The notes under the pieces are model-generated. The model was not told where the DNA came from. It was given only the letters and a program-made list of their open reading frames with translations, and ran no database searches. A stretch of 64,000 nucleotides of DNA from Eledone cirrhosa (lineage: Eukaryota): contig OZ024743.1 of assembly GCA_964016885.1 (NCBI GenBank), forward strand, positions 151,466,001 to 151,530,000, in the 5' to 3' direction. Positions 56,889 to 64,000 of the stretch are shown here, piece by piece; the stretch's first letter is position 1; each line of letters opens with the position of its first letter. The position numbers and the translations under genes were made by a program.

Positions 56889-56955
56889 TTTTATTATGCG
56901 CATTTCAAAAACAAATATCATCATGCAATAATATTTGTGTTTTCATCAGATAAAA
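56889..56955 (-). ncRNA. type-I hammerhead ribozyme motif
   Basis: Reverse complement reads TTTTAT-CTGATGA-AAACACAAATATT..GATATTTGTTTTT-GAAAT-GCGC-ATA-ATAAAA. Stem I is 6 bp, stem III is the palindrome ATGCGCAT, and the cleavage triplet is AUA. Confidence 0.8.
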
Positions 56956-57851
56956 CAGGAAGACATGATATGAAGGTTAAAAAACACTTGTGGATAGTTC
57001 AGTTTTAAATCAACATATGAGAAGTAGTTTTAGATTGATGTGTGATATTGGGAAAAATATTTTATTTAGAAGGGGTGGGTGGAAAGGATGAAAAAGAGGA
57101 GGAGATGAGAGTAAAAAGTGGAGAGGGAGGAGTATAATGAGGAAGGATGAGATAGGAGGAGATAGGAGGAGAGATCGGTGATAGAGAGAGAGAGATAGCT
57201 TTTATAACTGAGAAAGATATATTGTTTTACATAGAGAGGTTGAAAACCGTTGGAAGATAATGTATAAATTAAAAGAATTTGAAAATTAACGAAGAGAAAA
57301 ATAATGTAAAGTTAAGGTTTGTATATTGAGGGGTTTGATATGTGCGATGAAAAAGAAAATGTTAATATGTATTGAGAATAATATTTAGGGGTTTAATAAT
57401 ATGTGCGATGTTAAGAAAATGTTGATATGTATTATTAAAAGGAACAATAGGTTATTTAAGTAAGGAAATATTGTGAGATGACCATGAATGTGTTAGATGA
57501 AAGGGAGAAAAGAATAATGAATTGAGGATGAATAATCTAACGTCAAAAAAATGTATATGTTTACGAAGGAGTTTTACAAGGTGATATAGAGTAAGAATGT
57601 ATTGTATTATGTAATAATTGATTCTATGTTAGTCAAGAGTGAGAAAAGGTACAGATTAGGGGTTAGACATTAAAAGAAGAAGAGAAGAAAGGGAAGTGAT
57701 AAATAGGAGCGATGTAGAATGAGTAACAAGTATTATAGAATGTATAATAACCTATGAAATAAGGTAGAAAGATGGGTATATTTTTAAAAGAAGTGTATAT
57801 ATATATATGTGTCTTTGAGAAAAAGATTTTAAATTGATAAAGAATTGAATA

Positions 57852-58200
57852 CTAGCTGTATACTTTGTGAAATGCTTTATGAAATTTATGCAAGCAGATA
57901 GAAAACAAGTCAGTGCGTCTATTTATTATAGAATCTAAATTAGAAATAATGGTAAATTTTTCATTTAGAGAGAGATTGCAAATTTTGGATAGAGAACTGT
58001 TCAAGTATGGAGACACAGAAGAAACCTTCTTCCAAAAGATGCTATATTTAATATTTTTGTCTTTCAAGGACCATATGAGTTCTGAGAGAGCCGTGTTGGT
58101 TCTTTTAAGTTTGTATTTAAAAGACGAATGATGGTTATAAAGACGAGCTTTAAAAGAGGTGGAAGTGGAGCCAAAATAGGTGAAGGAATTGGTGTCAATA
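57852..58200 (-). pseudogene. PLE GIY-YIG endonuclease C-terminal fragment (Naiad-like)
   Basis: TYFGSTSTSFKARLYNH..TALSELIWSLK..IFWK..ICNLSLNEK..IINRRTDLFSICLHK, homologous to 51192-51857. Confidence 0.85.
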
Positions 58201-59787
58201 GAAATGATCAGTGAGAGCAATGTTGAGTTCCGTGGGATTGATACCAGTGAGCTGGGACTCCTACTTAAACTTACCTATAGTAATAATTACCTAGACACAT
58301 ATGACCTTAGCAACCTGTGCCCTACAAGACCAGCAAGAGGCAGACCACCTACCATTACCTCAATGGCCAAGAAAACCCACACAGATAGATGGAACGGGTG
58401 GACCAGAGCCATACGGACACCCGAAAACCACGATGAACTAAAGAAAATGATTGCACATGCGGTGGGGGCCAGCATAAAATTAACCCTTAAGGAACATATG
58501 TTCAAATTTAATGGAAAAACATATGCCCAAGAGGAAGGAGCAGCCATTGGTGTTAGCATTGCAGGCGACATAGCTAACTTATTCATGGTATGGTGGGACA
58601 GTAGACTTAAACTTAAACAACAATTAGAAGACCCCTTAACCCTGATAATGTACTCCCGCTACGTTGATGATATAAACATCGTAGTTAAAACACCCCCACT
58701 AGAGAACAGTCAGGAATTAGAGAAAAACACAATGGAAAGCATCCAGCAAATAGCTAACTCCATCCACCAGAGTATTAGAGTTACTATAGACTACCCAAGT
58801 AAACACCCCAACCATCGATTACCTGTACTAGACACAGAGCTCTGGTTAGATACTATTAATAACAAAAAACAAATCCTCCATTCCCATTATGCCAAACCCA
58901 TGACTTCCAAATATCTGATCCACCGAAACTCAGCTGTTTCAGACCATACCAAAATCAACATACTGATTGCGGATTTGGTACGGGTGATGAGAAACGTGTC
59001 CCGCATGTGCAACCCCGAAGAACTAGACAGACACATACAACACTTCATCCACCGTATGCAGTTCTCTGGTTACAATCAGAGAGATAAAATCAGAGTGTAT
59101 AGAGGAGCCAGAACCAAATGGGAAAAAATGGTAAATGACACAAATGGGACCTGCCCCTTGTATAGGAGCAAATTTTGGAATAGAATAGAAAGAACTAGGA
59201 ATAAGGCTAATAGAATAAACTCATGGTATGATAGCAATAAATACCAGAGTGTAATGTTCATCGATACAACCCCTAGAGGTGAATTAGCTTACAAATTTAG
59301 AAGGGCCCTAGATAAACATAAACTCAATATTAAGATAGTAGAAAGACCAGGTACCTCCGTAAAAGCACTTATTAGCAAGACATACCCTTTTCAAAGACCC
59401 CCCTGTATAGGTAAGAAATGTATAACCTGTAAATTAAGCGCCCATACTAACTGTAAAACTAGAAATGTAGTATATAGCATAAGATGTACTGAAGGACAAT
59501 GTAGAGACAAAAATATAGTGTACAAAGGTGAGACAGCTCGTAGTGTAAAGGAACGGATAGATGAACACTGGCGAGACCTTCAAGATAGTAAAGAATCATC
59601 TGTACTCTACCAACATGCAAAAATAGAACATAAGGGTAAATTAGAGAACATAGAAATAAAAATAGAATCTACACACAGAAAAGACGCAATGTTTAGACAA
59701 ATCACAGAGGCAATAAACATAAAAGAATTACAACCAAAATTAAATAGAAAACATGAGTGGAACAGCAACATCACAACTTACAATTAA
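58200..59787 (+). CDS. Penelope-like retroelement RT plus GIY-YIG endonuclease, 5'-truncated but uninterrupted ORF (~530 aa)
   Basis: RT motifs: FKFNGKTYAQEEGAAIG, YSRYVDDI, LPVLD and thumb HYAKPMTSKYLIHRNSA. Linker: CxxxxCxxC..C. GIY-YIG: NVVYSIRC..YKGETARSVKERIDEH..RQITEA..LNRKHEW. Confidence 0.92.
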
Positions 59788-59877
59788 GGACAAAATGAAA
59801 ACACACACGCACATAGAACAAACAACCAACCTGTAACATGTAAATAAACAAATAAATAAACAAATATAAACACACAC

Positions 59878-60335
59878 ATACACCCCTGTCCCACCACCCC
59901 CACCTCATCCACACCGCCCCTTTCAATGTAAAGTTATGTTGGTGCCACAACATCCAGACCGAAACAAATGAGATCGTGTAGGTGTCACGACAAAAAAACA
60001 CACAGTTCACGTTGTAATGTGGCCGTGTAGGCAACACGGTAAAAACCTCCCAGCCCCACACTGTAAATGTGGTTGGTGTTAGGAAGGGCATCCAGCTGTA
60101 GAAAACCCGCCAGACAGTCCACGCTGTAATGTGGCCGTGTAGGCAACACGGTAAAAACCTGCCAGCCCCACACTGTAAATGTGGTTGGTGTTAGGAAGGG
60201 CATCCAGCTGTAGAAAACCCTGCCAGATAGTCCTATGCGAGCAAGATAATCACTCTTGCCTCAAGTGGGAAAACCCCCATCCAAACCGATGCAAGCGTGG
60301 AACACGGACGTTAAACGTTGATGATGATGATGATG
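59878..60335 (+). mobile_element. RTE 3' UTR fragment with ~112-bp internal tandem duplication
   Basis: Matches 49070-49416. The unit ACAGTyCACGyTGTAATG...AGAAAACCCGCCAG is repeated at ~60002-60113 and ~60114-60226. Confidence 0.88.
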
Positions 60336-61256
60336 TGTTATGTGGAATATTTGGCTGTTATTTCTAGTAGGTCAAGTGATTATGTAGAGGCTTTCTTGCT
60401 AGTCATAAATTAGTGATTTATTTCAATGCTAAACATATTGAGATAGCTATAAATATACCACCTGTTTATACCTTTTAATTATATTTCAAGCTAACAGAAT
60501 TAAAATTATGTAGTGTTAGTGTTTATACAATGGAAAGATGATTAGGAAAGTAGATGAGTTATATTTTTAATCAGAAATGACTCACAGGGATGTATTGTTA
60601 AGATTGGTTACTAATCTTCAAATTAGTAATAATATGGAAAAGAAAGATGTAAGAAGGATGTAAAGTAAACAAAACTTGGATATCTAACAGAATATTTATC
60701 TTAAAGAGAGTGGGTGAGTTTAATGACTGTGTAGATGGCCACTAGTATACACAAAGGTTTAACTAGTAATATGACAAAAGCAATTTTACTTTCTGAAGCA
60801 TAAACTTTAGAAAGCCAGCCAGTCAAATAGTTTATCTAACAGTCAGTTTTGATAAGGAAATGAGACAGGAAATATTTTAGAAAGATCAAAGTTGAATAGT
60901 ACCTCTGTAAATACCAACTTTCAGAGAGTTAGAGGAAGTATATTAACAGGGATATATATATATAAACTATGAATGATGTGAATGGTAACTGGACATTCCT
61001 TATAGCTTACTGTAAACTGCAAACAGGTTGGTGGTAGTTTTATCTTGAAATTGAGCAAGTGTAGACATTTGACAAGGTCCTATATTCTGTAGATGAGTGG
61101 GCTATGAGAAAACCTATATGATTGTTTCAGGATTGTTTCAGGATTGTTTCAGGAGAGCAGTTTATGTATAAGGTGGTTAAAGTAGACTTAGATTTAGAGA
61201 ATCAAATGCTGAGACCTGTTCAATCAATCAATACCAGTATGGAAAAGGAATGGAAA

Positions 61257-61288
<32 letters not shown>

Positions 61289-61524
61289 ACAGGCACATGC
61301 AGATGCACATTAATAATTACATTTAAGAATTTGAATAAATGTAAAACTGAGAATTCTGCAAATTCTGTTTAGAAAAAATGTTCAGTAGTGACATTACTTA
61401 AATGATTGCTTATGCAGGTAAAACATGACAGAAATTAAGGAACTCAGTTAAGTTACTAATTTCGCAATTAATTTCTTAATAATTTTGCTCAACAGAAATG
61501 GTGGGGTTACATAAGGTAATAATC

Positions 61525-61715
61525 AGTGGATTGGCAGTATCAGTAGAGGGTCGGATGCCATGCATGGAGTTACGGCCCTTTACAGTCTGAGTTCAAATCC
61601 CGCTGAGGTTAAATTTACCTTTCATCCTTACAAGGGTTGATAAAATAAGGCACCAGTAATGAACTGGGGTAATTGCTGGTCTTGTGCCAAAAGTAGAAAC
61701 AATTATTATTATTAA
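61525..61715 (+). mobile_element. SINE family A (diverged)
   Basis: Head, core and tail are recognisable. Confidence 0.85.
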
Positions 61716-62994
61716 TTATGATATTCATTACTATCATATCTATTAGTATTTGTTATTACCTACAGACTTTTAACTTTGGTATGCATATCCTTATCTCCCT
61801 CATGTCCTGTTCTACTTCTGAGATGAAGCAGTCTGGTCACTATTATGTGCATCATACTATACCACCCTCTACCCATCAAGATAACTATAAGCCACCATTG
61901 CCTCAATTATCCCAACCCACCAGTCTACTGTAAACTTCTCCACACCTAAGACACCATTTCTTACTGCCTGCCACACAATGAGCACTCTTAAAAGCATTAG
62001 CCAAACAAACCAGTCAGTCTAGTGTAAGCTCCTCTATCTGCCACTCATAGCAAACAATACACCCCCTACAAACATACTAATCTACTATAAGCTTATCCAC
62101 CCCTTCTTACTTTCTACAATTAGTTGAGCAGTGGTAACTCTGAACAAAACTCCACTTAAACAAGACCTTGCAAACTGCAGCAAATTTAAACTATTTAAGA
62201 AAGTAGGAACTCTAAATAAAAACAGAGACAGAGTAAGGGGAATATGGAAGACATAAGTATGGTATAAGCAGAGATAAAGAGTTCTGTGGTGAAAATGACC
62301 TAACAATTTGCAAACTAATATTAAGAAACCAGCAAACTTATCAATCAGATAAACATGCAAGCCAGATAGATTTCAAAACCAATCAATAGGAAGACTGGCT
62401 GTGAATACTATCTCTTTCTCCAGTAAAGTAAGTACTACTCAGATGAAAGCTAAACAGACAACTTGGAGAAGGAAGCTAAAAAATCCTTTAACCAAAGGAG
62501 ATGGATACTTATAATATATAGGACCTCTGGGAGTTTATATAATTATGAGACAACCTGCTGTGGGCTGGACCAAATATGACATGGTGGTGGAATGGTGCAG
62601 TAGAGAGGACCATATGAGATAATAGACAGGCCTAAAATGTTTGGAGCAGAGAATAATATCAAGTTGTTAGAAAAGAGGCTAGACACCAAGTAAATATGGC
62701 AGAGAAACTGAAAGTAATATGTTTGCCAATGTTCTGCAAAGAGAGGATCAGAGACATGAAGTATTACACAGCAATGTGCCAGTGCATATCATGATACCAT
62801 TAGAGAAAATTGAGTATAGAAAGATAGTAGCACACTAAAAAAATGTCAAATGATCTCAGTGGAAGGTATCTAAAGAAGTCATGGGGAGAAATCTCAGGTG
62901 GCTGAACTTCATGAAAGAGATAACAAAGACTACAGCAAATTGCAAGCCATTATGTTTGGAAAAGCATATGTAAAGATGATTACAAATCCCACCA

Positions 62995-63310
62995 AAGTTA
63001 GCTTCGCCTTTCATCCTTATGGGGTTGATAAAATAAAGTACCAGTAATGCACTGGGGTTGATTTTATTGACTTTCCCCTCCCCAAAATTGTTGGCTTTGT
63101 GTCTAAATTAGAAACTATATAAAGTAGGGTGGTAGATTGGCAGTATCGGTAGAGCATCGGAAATTATGCTTTACGGCATAGAGTTAAACCTATTTATGAT
63201 CTGAGTTCAAATCCCGCCGAGGTTAGCTTTGTCTTTCATCCTTACGGGGGTCCTCTCCCCCTAAATTGCTGGCCTTGTGCCTAAAAGTAGAAACAATTAT
63301 TATTATTATT
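62995..63310 (+). mobile_element. two Meta-type SINE copies (one partial, one internally deleted)
   Basis: GCCTTTCATCCTTATGGGGTTGATAAAATAAAGTACC; the second copy starts at ~63128. Confidence 0.8.
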
Positions 63311-64000
63311 AAGGAGATGATGATGATGATGATGATTAAGAGTGAGTGCCATTGAGAGGTTTTTGATGCAGGCCATATACTTGAAAGGTCAGTGCTGAAT
63401 AACAGACTGCTGGTGTAAGGAAGTATAATTGTCAAATATGAGTAAAATCAATATATTTTATTTATGAAACGGAATGAAAGTATAAAGCAGATTTTAAAAG
63501 TACTTCTTTATTTGATGTTTGTAAATATTTTCAAGTGATTGATAATGTATAAATCCCCAAGTCATGACTTACATTTGTTGCATGGAAAGCTTTGTTATGG
63601 AAGAATAATTTATATAGAAACAAATAAATAAAGAAAGAATCTAGTCAATAAGACAGCATTACTTCTAAACAATGATCCAACTCATCCTTAAACAATTCCA
63701 TGACCTAGAAGATTATAAATACTGAATATACCAGGCAATACAAACAACTAATTCTATTGAGCTAAATTTAGTCTTTCTGCTAATTATGAATATTTCACTG
63801 GATAATTCTTTTAAAGAAAACCTAAAAGGCATATTGTTGAGTAGAGTGCTTATACGAAAGCTATAGATATAAAAATGTACTTATTCCTGCAAGGTCAACT
63901 AAGGAGTGAAGATGACATATGGTACACTCATTTGTTCTTTTGCTATTTCAGTCATTGGCCTGCAAATATGGTGGGCTACATACAGCCTTCAAGGGTTTAA

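Larger units (their letters stand above)
56762..58200 (-). mobile_element. 5'-truncated Penelope-like element (Naiad-like)
   Basis: On the minus strand: GIY-YIG tail ORF, ~0.9-kb pyrimidine-rich UTR, hammerhead, AATAAA, then (TA)n. Confidence 0.82.

Noticed and set aside
59985-60230. Direct repeats suggestive of a CRISPR-like array
   Set aside because: A simple two-unit tandem duplication inside an RTE 3' UTR in eukaryotic DNA, with no spacers.
62400-62990. Possible very old R4-like LINE fragment
   Set aside because: Only faint motif resemblance, too degenerate to support.

Overview
AT-rich, microsatellite-laden eukaryotic (animal) DNA. The repeat complement (CORE-type and Meta-type tRNA-derived SINEs, RTE LINEs, long (TA)n tracts) looks like an octopus or other cephalopod genome; this is inference. 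I found no convincing host-gene exon. The window is almost entirely transposon debris. It holds a full-length but decayed Rep/Helicase Helitron with intact termini (7693-12648, minus) and a non-autonomous Helitron. It also holds RTE, R4/Dong and CR1 LINE fragments and more than 15 SINE copies, several with target-site duplications. A dense cluster of Penelope-like elements (PLEs) sits at 50-60 kb, embedded in (TA)n tracts. The most notable signal is six minimal type-I hammerhead ribozyme motifs read directly from the sequence (29426/29534, 34921, 50212, 54703, 56889). Five have a perfectly palindromic stem III and one (54703) a near-palindrome, and several have non-canonical cores. One U3-A8 variant sits in both arms of a near-perfect 298-bp palindrome. 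Long Y/I/M-rich ORFs in the track are microsatellite artefacts.
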